NCBI GenBank assembly: GCA_951406725.2
Contig: OX597814.1
Span: forward strand, 208,444,001-208,508,000
Direction of reading: 5' to 3'
Origin: Octopus vulgaris
Lineage: Eukaryota
DNA: 64,000 bases
This document shows positions 26,507 through 40,488 of the stretch, piece by piece; positions within the stretch are counted from its first letter, which is position 1; each line of letters opens with the position of its first letter. The notes under the pieces were generated by a model. The model saw nothing but the letters and a program-made list of their open reading frames with translations. It ran no database searches and was not told the DNA's origin. Made by a program: the position numbers and the translations under genes.

Positions 26507-27651
26507 AATTCAAGTATTTTATTGGCTAACCCCAACCCTCTATCAAAGCCTTATGCCTAGATAAAAAAAATCATTTATGGTGGATTGGCAGAATTGTTAG
26601 TAGTGCATGAAACAAAATATCTTGGGATATTTACATTCTAATTATACACCCAGATCCTGCTGAGGTCAACTTTACCTCTTATTCCTCTGGTGTTCATACA
26701 CTGAAGTACCAGTCAAGTAATATGATCAGTGCAATCTGCCCTTCTATCAATCTCTCATATTCCCTTGTGCTGCATTTTTTTACATCCAATCTCCTTACCA
26801 ACAACCAGTATGTAGCTACCAAACACTATCTCTCCCCCATTACTACCTCCTCTATCACTGTTTTACACCCATTCTCTTTTTGCCACTATCTCTTCTATTC
26901 ACACTCTTAATTGTGTGGCCTTGAACCATTGGTAACAACATAAAGAAGGCTCTTTTAGTCTTGCTGGGGACAAGACACCTCTTTACTGTTGGTGCTATAA
27001 TAAAATTCACTTAGTACTCTCTATATAGTGGTTGGCAAATGAGCAAAGACAATGGAGAGTTGAAGGGACCCTTTAGTCCTGTTGTGGATAAGACAAGGCC
27101 TCTAATGCTGGTGCCAATATAAAATTCCTCCAATACACTCTATAAAGAAGCTGGTATTTGGAAAGGCATCCAGCTGTAGAAACTGTATCAAAAATGAATT
27201 GTACAATAGCTTTTGACTCATCTGAGATGGTAGTAACAACAAATAAGAACTAATCTTGACTAGGATCCTCTTTCCAACTTATGCCAACTTGGAAAGTAGA
27301 TGTGAAATGGCAACAATGATGAAGGCGAAAACAAAGAAGAAATAACAATATGATGCATCAAGCTAAGAATTACATTTTTGTGCCTCATAAAAATGTTAAC
27401 AATGCTGACTAACAAGAGAAAATTTTAAAAAATTAGCAAGGGTGGGCTTATAACTTAGGCAGCGGTTGGTTTGGTATAAGAGAATATTTGCAAAAGAAGA
27501 ATACACTGAAAGAGTTAGTAGAAAAACTAGGAAGATGCATTTTTTCAATGGCTGTTCAGCAAATATGTTGGTGTTAAGGCTGGGTATAGTTAAGTATTTG
27601 ATGCCAGGCTTCAAGTGCTAAAGTATATATACATTAAAGCTTTGTTCATAT

Positions 27652-28064
27652 ACTCTTACTCTTTACTCTTTTACTTGTTTCAGTCATTTGACTGCGGCCA
27701 TGCTGGAGCACCGCCTTTAGTTGAGCAAATCGATCCCGGGACTTATTCTTTGTAAGCCCAGTACTTATTCTATTGGTCTCTTTTGCCGAACCGCTAAGTG
27801 ACGGGGACGTAAACACACCAGCATCGGTTGTCAAGCAATGCTAGGGAGACAAACACAGACACACAAACACACACACACATACATATATATGTATAAATAC
27901 ATATATACGATGGGCTTCTTTCAGTTTCTGTCTACCAAATCCACTCACAAGGCATTGGTCGGCCCGGGGCTATAGCAGAAGACACTTGCCCAAGATGCCA
28001 TGCAGTGGGACTGAACCCGGAACCATGTAGTTGGTTAGCAAGCTACTTACCACACAGCCACTCC
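27652..28064 (-). mobile_element. SINE family A
   Basis: Family match, reverse complement. Confidence 0.9.
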
Positions 28065-28484
28065 AAAGTTTGAGTAACATGGTTAAAATAAACCCAAAAA
28101 CTGGAATACAATCTCTGATGAACTGTGACTGGTTTATAGCCACTGGTCCTAGAGGTTTGTGAGGGTTGTTTCATAAGGACTTTGTGGAATAATTTTGGGA
28201 GAAGAACAAGGTTGATACTGGGCATCTTTATCTCGATAGACTGTCTCCTCTTCCAAAAACATTACTAGTGATGTAGCAAAAGGACTGTACTTAAAATATG
28301 GAAGACATTGAGAATGTGTGGGATTACTTTTTCATTTCGAAAAATCCTAGTGCTTTTATGTACCACAAGTTCATTTGAAAGGTCCTCTCATGGTAAATAA
28401 TGCAGTATTCTGTGTTCTAACACAACATCCACTTTAAGTGGAAGAAAAATACAATACCTTTTGGTATTTGGTATTAATTTTTTG

Positions 28485-28752
28485 ATCTCCATGTGTCTAA
28501 CACACGTGGACATGCCTACAAAGTCAGAAAACAACACAGCTCCCATGACTTTCGGAAACATTTTTTCACGCTCAGAGTTGCTGAAGCATGGAACAAACTA
28601 CCTGCGTCAGTTGTTGACTGCCATGACACTGCATCCTTTAAGGCCCTCATGCTTTCCGAAATCCGCCGAAACTACACCTGATTATACATACACTTTAGAT
28701 GAGTTGTAGTGCACCTGAGCACTGAACACAATGTTTTATAATTATTATTATT
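28485..28752 (+). mobile_element. CR1-type LINE 3' fragment, same family as 56550-57116
   Basis: SNTRGHAYKVRKQHSSHDFRKHFFTLRVAEAWNKLPASVV; ends gtgcacctgagcactg...(att)n. Confidence 0.85.
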
Positions 28753-29930
28753 TACTGTTTCTGTTGCTATTAATTATCTTTTAATAATCCCACTGGCTAT
28801 TTGCAACATCAGCACCTGAATAGACACAGAGATTCTAGATATTGCTGACAGGGGACTCAGCTTCTGTGTCTTGCCAGATATCTGCCATTGACAAGGCCAA
28901 GAACAGCTGAGATCTCATGATCTGGCAGGACCAGCAGACATAGAGGATGGTTCTTGCTCATCAGTGATATAAACATGAATGCTTTTATGCATCACAAGTC
29001 TATATGAGAGGTTCTCTCAATGTAAATAATACAGTATTTTGTGTTCTAATATAACATCCACTTCAAGTGTATGATAAATAGATCCTAATATGTGATAAAT
29101 TTGTTCATTCATCTTGCCTTACTTGCGTGTCTCAAAATATTTTCAGTCACATGAATTTAGGAGTGATCCCATTATTGAAAAATATTACCATACAGTGGGA
29201 GATCATAAGATCATAAGATCATGACTCTGCAAAAGACAGAATTAAAATTGTTGCTCAAGGTGTTAGCAAAGAGGTTGATCCAAAAGATATTATGATTAGC
29301 TGAACTACACACTCGTAACATGAAAGAAAGATCTATTTTTACTAAGTAGACAGAGATATTATTATTGTTAAATAACCTGAAGTTTCATGCTGCACCTACT
29401 AGGGTACAGCATGTAAGACTCTACACGTAATTTATGCTTCTTATCTGTTTAGCTACCCATAAGCTATAAAAAGAACAAAAATCTAAACAAAGTGAAGCAT
29501 TATGTACTTTCAAAGACCAAAAAAGCTGCAGAAGGTGGTCATGATGTGTAACAAGATAAATGTTGAAGAATTGTTTCTCTCTTGATGAGTTGACTGAGAA
29601 AAAACAGCTACCAGTAAGAAATACAAAAGCTATGTATGTCACCAAAACAACATAACTCTAGTTACCAAATACAAAATAGATGAGATAATTCCTTGCCATA
29701 CATAAAAACAGTAATAAAGTAAGAAAAATAAATATATAATGAGGATTTGTTAGCCAAAACACTAAGCTAATTAAGACGCAGGTAAGACAAACATTAAGGA
29801 GCACAATAGACGTGCAATTCAGATATGAACCTTTCAAATTCCAAGGAAATTGGCATCTTACTGAAATAGCTATAATTTAGTGAGGAATGTTTGTGTTAGT
29901 AGAGTTGGGCTTGATTCCATGCTCAGAAAT

Positions 29931-30297
29931 ATCATCATCATCATCATCATCATCGTTTAACGTCCGTTCTCCATGCTAGCACGGGTTGGACGGTTCGACT
30001 GGGGATCTGGGAAGCCAGAAGGCTGCACCAGGCTCCAGTCTTATCTGGCAGTGTTTCTACAGCTGGATGCCCTTCCTAATGCCAACCACTCTGTGAGTGT
30101 AGTGGGTGCTTTTTACGTGCCACCTGCACAGTGCCAGGCGAGGCTGGCAACGGCCACGGTCGGATTGGTGCATTTTACGTGCCACCGGCACGGAAGCCAG
30201 TCGAGGCGGCACTGGCATCGGCCACGATTCAGATGGTGCTTTTTACATGCCACCGGCATGGAAGCCAGTCGAGGCAGCGCTGGCATCGGCCACGATT
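29931..30297 (-). mobile_element. Family G retroposon with 3-4 internal ~60-bp units
   Basis: Starts (cat)n cgtttaacgtccg; repeated ttttacgtgccaccggcac units. Confidence 0.85.
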
Positions 30298-30928
30298 ATG
30301 TCTGACTATTAGACCAGAACTCTTATAAGCCAATTATAACACAGCAAATATGATTAGTTGCTTATGCAACTAATTGTGTTTTGATTAAAGAATCAATTAT
30401 TGTAACAAGGAAACCTAAATTTGGCTAAAGATTTCATCTAATAGATCAAAGACCAGCAAGTATGGCTCCCGAAACTTCTTATTGCATCTAATTATATTGC
30501 AAGGCTCCGCAAAATTAAAACAAAATAACAATTAACCTTTCTCATTTGCTATCATGCTTAGTTTTCTTTGAATTTAATCATGATTTGACCATCACTTCTT
30601 AAATAGCGTTAAGCAGAAATCACAAATAATCAATAGATGAGGAGATATAATATAATTAACAGAGCACAATTTAACCAATAGGAGTAATCAGTAGATGAAT
30701 ACATTATATGCTCTCTTTTATTGGTTACTCCTATTATTAAATAAGCACTTATTCTCTGGTCTGGTCTGTCTCATCACAGATGGAAGATATAGCCAGACAA
30801 AATTAGAGGTACTGGGAAATATTTATCGAAGAAATCATTGATTTAAAACTGGACATCTGAAGGAAGATTAATCTTATTCCCAATACTGTTTGATGGTGTT
30901 TAGAATCAAGTCAACTGTAATCTCTGTA

Positions 30929-31114
30929 CAGTGATGTCTTAAGGCATGAGCATACTAGGAAGTTGTGCAGGAATCCAAAGGGTCTGGGAACCCAAAGAGT
31001 TTATGGGTCCAATTCTGATTTATGTATGCTGTAATATGGTGTCAGTAAATATATACTATAGGACCCTGTGCATTGATTTGTCCAAGGACATGTAACGCTA
31101 CTAAGACAGCTTTG
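30929..31114. mobile_element. Possible decayed hAT-like MITE
   Basis: Imperfect TIRs cagtgatgtcttaa / ctaagacagctttg; 8-bp flanks tctctgta / tcattgta. Confidence 0.3.
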
Positions 31115-31329
31115 TCATTGTACAACAGCAGTACACAGTCAATAAATATTTCTATGTAAGAAGCAATCCATATGTAAGATGCTCAACCTGTTAGAAATTG
31201 TGATCAAATATTTCTCAAATCACTCCTTTTTTGACCTTTTTGGGCATGCTAGTATGGTAAGTACAGTAAGTAAGTTATCATCTTCCTACCCATTATCAAC
31301 TGAAGTAAATATTAGACCCCAGCAGATAA

Positions 31330-31460
31330 ACCCAGGGATATCTAGTGGTACTTTTCACTAACTTAGAAGATCTGACTATGAAGATGGCCTGACATCTCTC
31401 TATGTCTTCAAAAACAGATCATCTGCAAGAAGAAAACTCTCAGGATGAGTCTCTTGGCTA
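31330..31460 (+). mobile_element. Highly decayed LINE RT fragment
   Basis: LFTNLEDL/DYEDGL resembles the RTE LxDLDYADDL motif. Confidence 0.35.
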
Positions 31461-34413
31461 TGTACAAGTTTTATATACTTCATACATCTATATAGCTTTT
31501 GATATATTTTATTTATCTAGAATAGCTAATAGTACAGTTGTAACAGCAGATTTAATGTAATTTGAGAAGATGAAGCAGCTGGCAATCTGTAGTAATCACT
31601 AATATGGTCACCAGTCAAATAATAAATGAAGGTTCGTGTTAAGCCAGTGAACCAGTTGCGCTTTTCCGACATACATTGATGTTTATATATGTAACCAGAC
31701 TCATCAAGAGAAAATGTATTCCCCAAATTAAATTCTAAAGCAATAGACCTGAAAGGAAGACAGGCTAGCTATAGCTGTGTTGCTGTTTGAACAATGACAG
31801 TAATGGCTTTGCTGCTGCTATTGATGATGATGATGATGATGATGATGATTATAATGATAACTATAATTAATGTGAAACTAAAGATGATAATAAGAACTAA
31901 TTTGGGTAAATTGATATTTTCTACATAAGCAAGCACCATTTTTAGCCTCCAGCTCCACTTTTATTAGCTTAAATATACTGTACTGCTAATCATTAAGATA
32001 TTGTGTTGAGAAGTGTAGATTATGATGAAATTGCTCTGGGAGATGAACACACAACCTAATTTTGATACCTAACTCACCTCAAATATGTTGGTTATTTCTT
32101 TAAAAAAATAATTTCCCAGGTTCTATAAATCTGTGGAATTTTGCATTCAGTATGAAATCAATCATACTCTACCATGCCATGCTATCAAATTATTTCTACA
32201 AGATAGTAAGGCATGTTTGAAATAAATTTGATTATAACCAAATCAAATTCTTTCTTGAGAACTAATCTAGTGTTGAATTCAGAACAGATACAAACACAAA
32301 TGAATCAAAGGTGAATAACCAAATTTATTTATACTTGCATCTAAATCTAATTTTAAAGTATATATATTCTGATTATAATTGTCAGCTCTTGATTTTCATG
32401 CCAATATCATCAATCTGTGATTCTTCTGTGGTTTTTGAAAATTCATGTAATATAGCAAATATTACATCAGTTTTAACCGATAACTATCTTTTCCATCTAT
32501 CTAATAGAAAGGCAGGTGGAAAAGCCATTTTGATGCTAAAGTAGAATGTATTTATACTGACAAAAATAGAAAAGAAATCTATCATAACTATGTAATCTAT
32601 ACGGGTTTCAAATTTTGGCACAAGGCCAGCAATTTTCGGAGAGTGGTTAAGTTGATTACATCGATCCCAGTGTTCAATCAGTATTTATTTTATCAACCCT
32701 GAAAGGACGAAAGGTAAAATTTGAACTCAGAATTCGAACTCAGACTGTTTTTTTTTTTAAATTTAACTCTTTTAATTCATTTAAGCTTTTGGAGATTTTA
32801 TCAGTGATAAGGTTTCAAATCTGTACATGGTCAAAATTTTGCCTATGGGCCAGAGAATCTTCACTTTTGATCTCAAAATCCACTACACGTATCACTAGGC
32901 AACATGATTTTTGTCCTTGGGTAGCAACTGTTATTTCCTGTTTGCTCACCCTTAGAAAGTATGAAAAATAGCTAATATTTCCTTCAAACTTTGCTTTTGT
33001 TACTTTTATTCAACCTCCCCCCCACCAAGAATCCCTCTCAACACATGGCTATGATGCTCCACCACTACTTCTGCTCATCATCAGAAATGCACATATCGTC
33101 ACCCATTATGAGACAAGTTCAAATAGTTAAGGTCAACTAACTGACAAACAAGTCTGTGGTATTGAGCAGAATATTTTCTATAACAATATTTCTGCTTCAG
33201 CAACTCTGTGCTGAATCTGTCTAAAATGTAATGGGAAATAAGTCTGTTTCAAAACATTGATGTCCGGGTTACAAAAGCAAAGTTTGAAGGGAATGGTAGT
33301 CATTTCTTTTGATTTCTAGGTAGAAGCGAATAGCAAATAACACTTACAAAGATAAAGAAAAAAAGAAAATTAGAATTAAAATTTTGTTACTCAGTGTAAT
33401 TCCTCACAATTTTTTTTAATTAACTAATGTAGCTACTAAACATGATATATGTCACTAGTCTTATCTTTTGTTGTTCCATCTTTTTATATTACACATGAGT
33501 TCAACTATGAAGTTCTGAGTTTGATTTATTTGAAGAGTACCTTGAGCAAGAATCTTTTACCATAGCTTCAAGATAACTAAAATATTTTGTGAATATAGTT
33601 TGATAGAAATTGCACAAAGGCTCATTATGTATTATCCTCACTGTCAACACCATTTAGTGTCCAAGTTTCATGCTGGCATAGATTGAACGATTTGACAGAA
33701 TCTGATAGGTCCAAGGACCACATTGCGCTTCAGTATCTGCTTTGGCTTGATTTCTACAGCCGGATGCCCTTCCTTATACCAACCACTTTACAGCATGTAC
33801 TGGTTGCTTTTTTCATGCCACTAGTACTGATGAGATCATCATGCACCTCAAAAGGCCTTGAACCTGATGTTGGTGGTGGAAAAGTTGGCTTTATATTAGG
33901 AAATAAGAGGTTAAAGTATGAAAGAAGGAGGGGCAGAACAGATTCTTGGAGAGGAGCTACATGGCTACTCACATTTGGAAGAATATGTCTGTATATGTGC
34001 AATATCACTGAAGTATGTCAACAAAAGATGAAGATACTAATGAGAAAACTGAAGAGCCAGGACGTTCGTTTGAATAACAACATCCTGTATGGTATTTATG
34101 CTGTGACAAGTCACACAGGTATTCCCTAGTTATTCACATTGTCAGATTTATGATGACCAGTAATTGGTCTATTGTAAATCTGTAACTAATGACACTATTT
34201 ATAAATATGATATAAAATTTAAAAAAATAAATATTTATTATATCGGCACATACTTGGCTGTGTGGTTAAGAAGCTCACTTTGCAACCATGTGGTTTTGGG
34301 TTCAGTCCCATTGCACAGCATCTTAGGTTAGTGTTTTCAACTATAGTCCTTCCGAGAAACTTTGGTAGACAGAAACTGTGTGGAAGCCTGTCACATATAT
34401 TTGTACATATGTA

Positions 34414-34634
34414 TGAGGGGGTGCTGAAAAGTTCCTGGTTTTAGTAGTGAAAGGCCTGGTTGGAGGCCCAACCTTTCAAGGTCTTTTATAGAGATTAGAA
34501 AAACTGAAAGACTACTGTAATAAGTGTGTTAATCTGAGAGGGGAATATGTTGGATAAAATCATAATTAACTGGTCCTCCTGTGTTTTCCTTTTTTTCTTT
34601 TACCTAAAGCCAGGAACTTTTCAGCACCTTCTTG
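34414..34634 (+). mobile_element. Mariner-derived non-autonomous element inserted at TA inside a decayed SINE A (34254-34895)
   Basis: TA|tgagggggtgctgaaaagttcctgg ... ccaggaacttttcagcaccttcttg|TA; internal LEKLKDYCNKCVNLRGEYVG* resembles the mariner transposase C-terminus. Confidence 0.85.
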
Positions 34635-35909
34635 TACGAATGTGTGTGTGTGTGTGTGTGTCTGTGTGTGTCTGTGTGTTATGTCTGTCTGTTTGTTTTT
34701 GTGTTTGTGAAACTACTTTTGCTTGACAACCAGTGTTGGTTTCTTCATATCCTCATAACTTAGCAGCTAATCAAAAGAAAGCGGTAGAATAAATATCAAA
34801 CTTAAAAATAAATTCCGTAGCCAATTTGCGTTACTAAACCCTTTAAGGTGTGTCCCAGCATGGCTGCAGTCCAATGACTAAAGCAAGCAATAAATAAAAA
34901 AAATATATGTAATTTCTTTATATTCATTATCTTGGATAACTTGGCTAAATTAACATAAAGTGTACTCACATATACACATATACAACACCCCACACAATTA
35001 GGCACAATGTGTACAAGACCAAATACCTTACAGTTTAAATTTTGTCACCAGCTAATTTATATCTCATCACTAGCAGGCATTTAGAGAATAAGTGCTGTCT
35101 GCTCTTTATCTGTTTAGTTGCTTGATACAGCTTAAGCCAAATTACCAGCAGGAGATTGTATTTAACCACATGCATTTATTTTTGTTTTAAGCAAGCTGCC
35201 GAGTGAAAGCATTGACTTTTATTTCTAAATGCATCACTGCTGTTCTATGAACTGTGCATTCGTAATGCAATGATGAAAGGATTATTATAACAGGGTATTC
35301 AGTAGTTGTTCATTCTGCTAGAAATAGAACCCTATTATTCCTCAAATAACTGCCAACTGTCTTAAAAAGAAAAAAAATGAAAAAAAAAAAATAGACACAT
35401 TAGATGATGTGGTTCTGGATTATTTGCATATAGGGAAAAGCAGGATGATCAGGGCTAGAATGCTTTGGTCATAGGTCTGCTTGATCAGGGTTGCCTGGGG
35501 CGAAACAGCAATGACAACCATAGTATTAGGTGAGAGTGCATGTGAGTGTGTTCATGTGTGTGTGCATGCGTGCATATGATAATCAAAATATGAATAGACT
35601 GTGTTTCTAAGGAGGCATGATTGTCAAGATGACAGAACTTTGGATTAAAAGACTTTATAAGGTTTAATATTTAGGTGCTCTGAAGGGGTGAGCTCGTAGA
35701 TTCATTAGCATGCCAGGCAAGATATTTAGCAGCATTTTGTCTGTCTTGCGTTATGAGTTCAAATTCCACTAAGGTCAACTTTGCCTTCCATCCTTTTGGG
35801 GTCAATAAAATAAGTATCAGTTGAGCACTAGGATTGTTTTAATCGACATACCTCATCTCTGAAATGCTGCCCTTATCTCCTTTGGGTTTGATCTGAAGAT
35901 ATTACTATA

Positions 35910-35983
<74 letters not shown>

Positions 35984-36320
35984 GAGTGAGAGAGCAGTAC
36001 ATGCCATCAAAGTGACACTGGGGTAAAATATACGAAGCCCAGTACACCCATCATGACTACCTGTCTGATAAGGGTACACTAGGCACATGCATCGCAACCA
36101 TATGTGAGCGACATGGTGATCTCATATCAAGATAAGCAGTACATAACCTTGCAGGTGGAGCCCAGTTAGAATTTTCTTCAGGTCAAGTAGCCCATCCCCC
36201 TCAAAAGGTCCCTGAATAAGGATTGTTTAAGGATGTTGAACGAACCACCCATGTTTCCAAATGTGAATTATCCAAACCTCTAAGAATTCCTTTCAACACA
36301 CGGCTATGATGCTCCCCCAC
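35984..36320 (-). mobile_element. Interspersed element embedded in an (ATT)n microsatellite; related sequence at ~33025-33180
   Basis: Long (ATT)n tracts on both sides; aagaat..ctt/ctcaacaca.ggctatgatgctcc is shared with 33028-33060. Confidence 0.6.
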
Positions 36321-36403
<83 letters not shown>

Positions 36404-36767
36404 TACTTCCAAGTAAGTAGTGATCTGGCAGATACATTAGCATGATGGACAAAATACTTAGTAGTATTTCTTTCAATATTTCACTTTCTGAGTTCAAATT
36501 CTGCTGAGGTTAGCTTTGCCTTTTCATCCTTTTGGGGATGATAAAATAAAGTACCAGTCATGTATTGGGGTCAGTAAAACTGACTTGCCCCCTCCCCTCA
36601 AACTGCTGGCTTTGTGCCAAAATTAGTGAGATCATTATTTAGACCCAGGTCAGTTTTGACTTACAGATATGTAATCCAAGACATTCCTACTCCATGACCA
36701 TCCTGTCTGTTTTAGAGTATCTCTAAGACTACATTATACAATTCTTTTCTGTGTTCTGTCTTTTAGT

Positions 36768-37067
36768 TGTTGTTGTTTGCTTGTTCCTTCTCGATCCATG
36801 CCTGGCTCATAAGGGCCGCTTTCCCGGTTTCCTTGGCATATAATTTCCCCACCTTGATGAGACGCTGATCCATTGCAGGTGAGCTGCAAGATGCAGGAGG
36901 AAAGGGTGAGAGAAAGTTGTGGCGAAAGAGTCAGCGGAAGTTCACTATTACCTTCTGTCGGAGCTGCATGGAGCTTAGGTGTTTCGCTCATAAACACACA
37001 CATCGCCCGGTCTGAGATTCGAACCTGCGATCCCTCGACCGCGAGCCTGCTGCTCTAACCACTAGGC
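36768..37067 (-). mobile_element. tRNA(Arg)-like SINE sharing head and core with family B, but with a different (CAA)n-ended tail
   Basis: gtgagagaaagttgtgg..ggagc..catggagcttagg..ttcgctc..taaacac is shared with family B; flanked by ttttagt. Confidence 0.75.
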
Positions 37068-37718
37068 CTTTTAGTGAGAGAGTAGAGTGCGATTAAAGGA
37101 TATTTGACTGCTAAGTTTGATACATCAAGCGACTATGTAAAAACTCCTCTGTTGGTTTGAGCTAAAATAGAGTGACAAGATCTGTTGAGTAAGTTTTATG
37201 CTCTTGGTAACCTGACTCCTTATGTAGTTTAATTACCTGATTGTAATAAATTTACCTTGCTAGTAACCTTGTATCTGATGTGAACATCAAAACAAAAAAA
37301 AAAAATTATATTTCCTATAAAAATAAGGCAATTATAACCCATATATCAAAGTGATGAAGTTGTAGAGAAGAAACTTCAAATCCTTCTAAGATTACTTTTG
37401 ATTCTCATATCTCCCATGTCAATAAAATAATGTGTGATAGAAAAGTTCTTGGGTTAATTTATACACCTTTATTATTTCCCAGGTAAATTTCAAGCCTTGT
37501 ACATTATCAAAAGAGATCCAATATATTTTGCTTTATTATAATAGTTTCCAATATAAATAATGTTAATATTTCCAACAAAGAACATAACTTTAAACAAATA
37601 TTTCTCTTACAGCCATATTTTGGATCTTGCTTCTTACTTTCATTTGCTTCTGGCACAAAGAAGTTGAAAGAAGTGTTTATGTTAATTGAAATAACAAAGA
37701 GAGGAATAAAATAGGAAT

Positions 37719-37749
<31 letters not shown>

Positions 37750-37908
37750 CACACACACACACACATAGACACAGACACACACAGACACAGACACACACAT
37801 ACACACACACACATAAATGGATAGATGGAAAAAGTAGAGGAAAGTGTGAAAAAGAATAATGTTGATGCATTATTCAATTTTCCTTTACTTAAGAAGAAAC
37901 ACCTTACT

Positions 37909-37941
<33 letters not shown>

Positions 37942-39619
37942 CACACACACATACACACACACATATATATGTGCCCACACACATTCACACATGCCCACAT
38001 ACATCATCACTGTTCATGTTCCATGCTGCCATTTGTTAGATATATGTATGCTTGTGTCATGTGTGTGTGTGTGTGTGTGTGATCATCATCATTTAATGTC
38101 CATTTTCCATGCTGGTATGTACACTTTTCCATACTCACATGGGTTGGACAGAATTTGTTGAGGTGGATTTTCTATAGCCAGATGCCCTTTCTATTGCCAA
38201 TCTCTCTCACCTGCTTCCAAGTTAAGCAGTATTTCTACATTCTTGGAAGATTGGAAATGAAGAGCGTCACTTGCATGAGGTTAATACTCACTTAGAACTA
38301 CCAAATGATGTCAAGGCAAGGAGACAGTAAAACAAACACACACATACATACACACACACACACATAGAATTCCTTGTGTATTTCACTTCGTTATTGTATT
38401 TGCATCAGTCAATGTTAATCTGGAATCTGAGCGTGTCACAGAGTGCATGGAGTAAATAAGACAAATTCCGAGAGATTGTTTATATGGTATATAAGCTTCT
38501 ATAACAGAAAGTTTTTTAGTTGCATATGTAAATTACATTATCAAAATTCGTTGTCAAATCTTCAGAGGCATGTAATATGTATAAGTGACATTACTGAATT
38601 GTTGAAATGTCGACAGAAATAACCAGTGAAGTGATAGCAGCCAAGCATCATACAATCTGTCAGTCAAAGACAAACTGTGTAATGTTCGTGTATGAAGAGT
38701 GATGTTACTTGGTAGCAGCGAAATGTGGGTTGTGAATGCAAAGGATATGTGAAGACTTGAAAGAAATAAAGCTTGCAAACTAGCTGGATGTGCTATGTTA
38801 GTGTGCATGTACTACAAAGTGCAAATGTGCTAAGAAAAATATCTTTTGTCCCATCCCAAAAGTTTTGGTGGCATTAAGTGAAAGTGAATGGCTTAAATGA
38901 AGAATCAAAACTAAATTACTGATCTGGTTCATTTAATGGAACTTCTAAGAAATCTGTCCAATAATTATTATTATTCTTTAATTATTACCTTGATAAGCAT
39001 CAAAAGCCCAGTCATAATGAATTGATTATACATTATAAATAAGTCATTAATAACCATGTTGAAGATTAACGGAGAAGTACTATACTAGTATATATATATA
39101 TATATTTAATGCATAAAACTCTGGACTTGAGCCAACAAGTTAACTTTCAGACCATTTACTCCAGCTTGCTAAAGTAATAGCAAAATCTCTTTTTATGTTA
39201 AATGCCATGTATCATTTACTTTTTTCATTTCACACAAAAAATGACACAGATAGTATCAAGCAAAAACAGTAACAGCAATATTTCTGCTAATATTACAATT
39301 ACTATCATCAATAACAGCACCAAAAACAATGCTACTATTCTATTACTAATGTTAATATAGCCTCCAGACATACATCAAAACATCAATTATTTCTGTAAGT
39401 TAGCCTCTGTACAAGTGATTACCTGTCTAAAATAATTAATTCTGATGTAGCAAAACTTACTTATGCATACGATATTTTGTTTTTGTCTTGAATATAACAA
39501 TTAAAATTTTGAAACATGCAAAAAAATGTTGGACTGAAAATTAAATGCAATATGCTCGGATTGTCAAACACCACACAGCACAAACAAGCTATTCGCAGTA
39601 ATGGTGAATATGATCTCAA

Positions 39620-40002
39620 GTGGAGGCGCAATGGCTCAGTGGTTAGGGCAGTGGACTCGCGGTCGTAGGATCGCGGTTTCAATTCCCAGACCAGGCGTTG
39701 TGAGTGTTTATTGAGCGAAAACACCTAAAGCTCCACGAGGCTCCGGCAGGGGATGGTGGTGATCCCTGCTGTACTCTTTCACCACAACTTTCTCTCCCTC
39801 TTACTTCCTGTTTCTGTTGTACCTGTATCTCAAAGGGCCGGCCTTGTCACTCTCTGTGTCACGCTGAATATCCCCGAGAACTACGTTAAGGGTACACGTG
39901 TCTGTGGAGTGCTCAGCCACTTACACGTTAATTTCACGAGCAGGCTGTTCCGTTGATCGGATCAACCGAACCCTCGTCGTTGTAACCGACGGAGTGCTTC
40001 CA
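39620..40002 (+). mobile_element. tRNA(Arg)-like SINE family B, young, with 14-bp TSD
   Basis: A box tggctcagtgg, B-box-like ggtttcaattcc; TSD gaatatgatctcaa at 39606-39619 and 40003-40016. Confidence 0.92.
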
Positions 40003-40488
40003 GAATATGATCTCAAATCAAATTAAATAATGAAACATCTAATGCATGAAATCTAAGTGTCATTTATAAATATTCAAAACTGACAAAAGTTAATCAACAT
40101 CAACAGTATTTATTAGCTGTCTTGCTTAACAATACAGTGTTAATTAACTCTCTAGGCCATAGAACACTAATTGACTCTCTAGATAAACTAAGTGAGATTA
40201 CTTAACAATAAGAACAATAAAACAAAAGAACCTACCAAAATTGCAAGCAAGAAAGCTTCTACTTAGCTGTTCTACCAGTTCACTTCAACCACCAAATATT
40301 CCTCAAGAAATACTTAAGTCTTGAATATGCCATCAGTCAAAACTTTTAGGACAGAACGGTCCAAGCTACAACACCAATTATATAACCAAGCCTGATCTAT
40401 GTTACAAAGTATTTTCTCCTAAGTATTTGATAAAGCTCTCTCCATTCTTGTTCAAGATGAACGGATCAGGTTTATCAAACAAGGGTAA

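Noticed and set aside
39620-39695. tRNA gene-like sequence; also the heads of families A and D
   Set aside because: It continues into a SINE body with a TSD and lacks a complete cloverleaf and terminator, so it is a SINE head.
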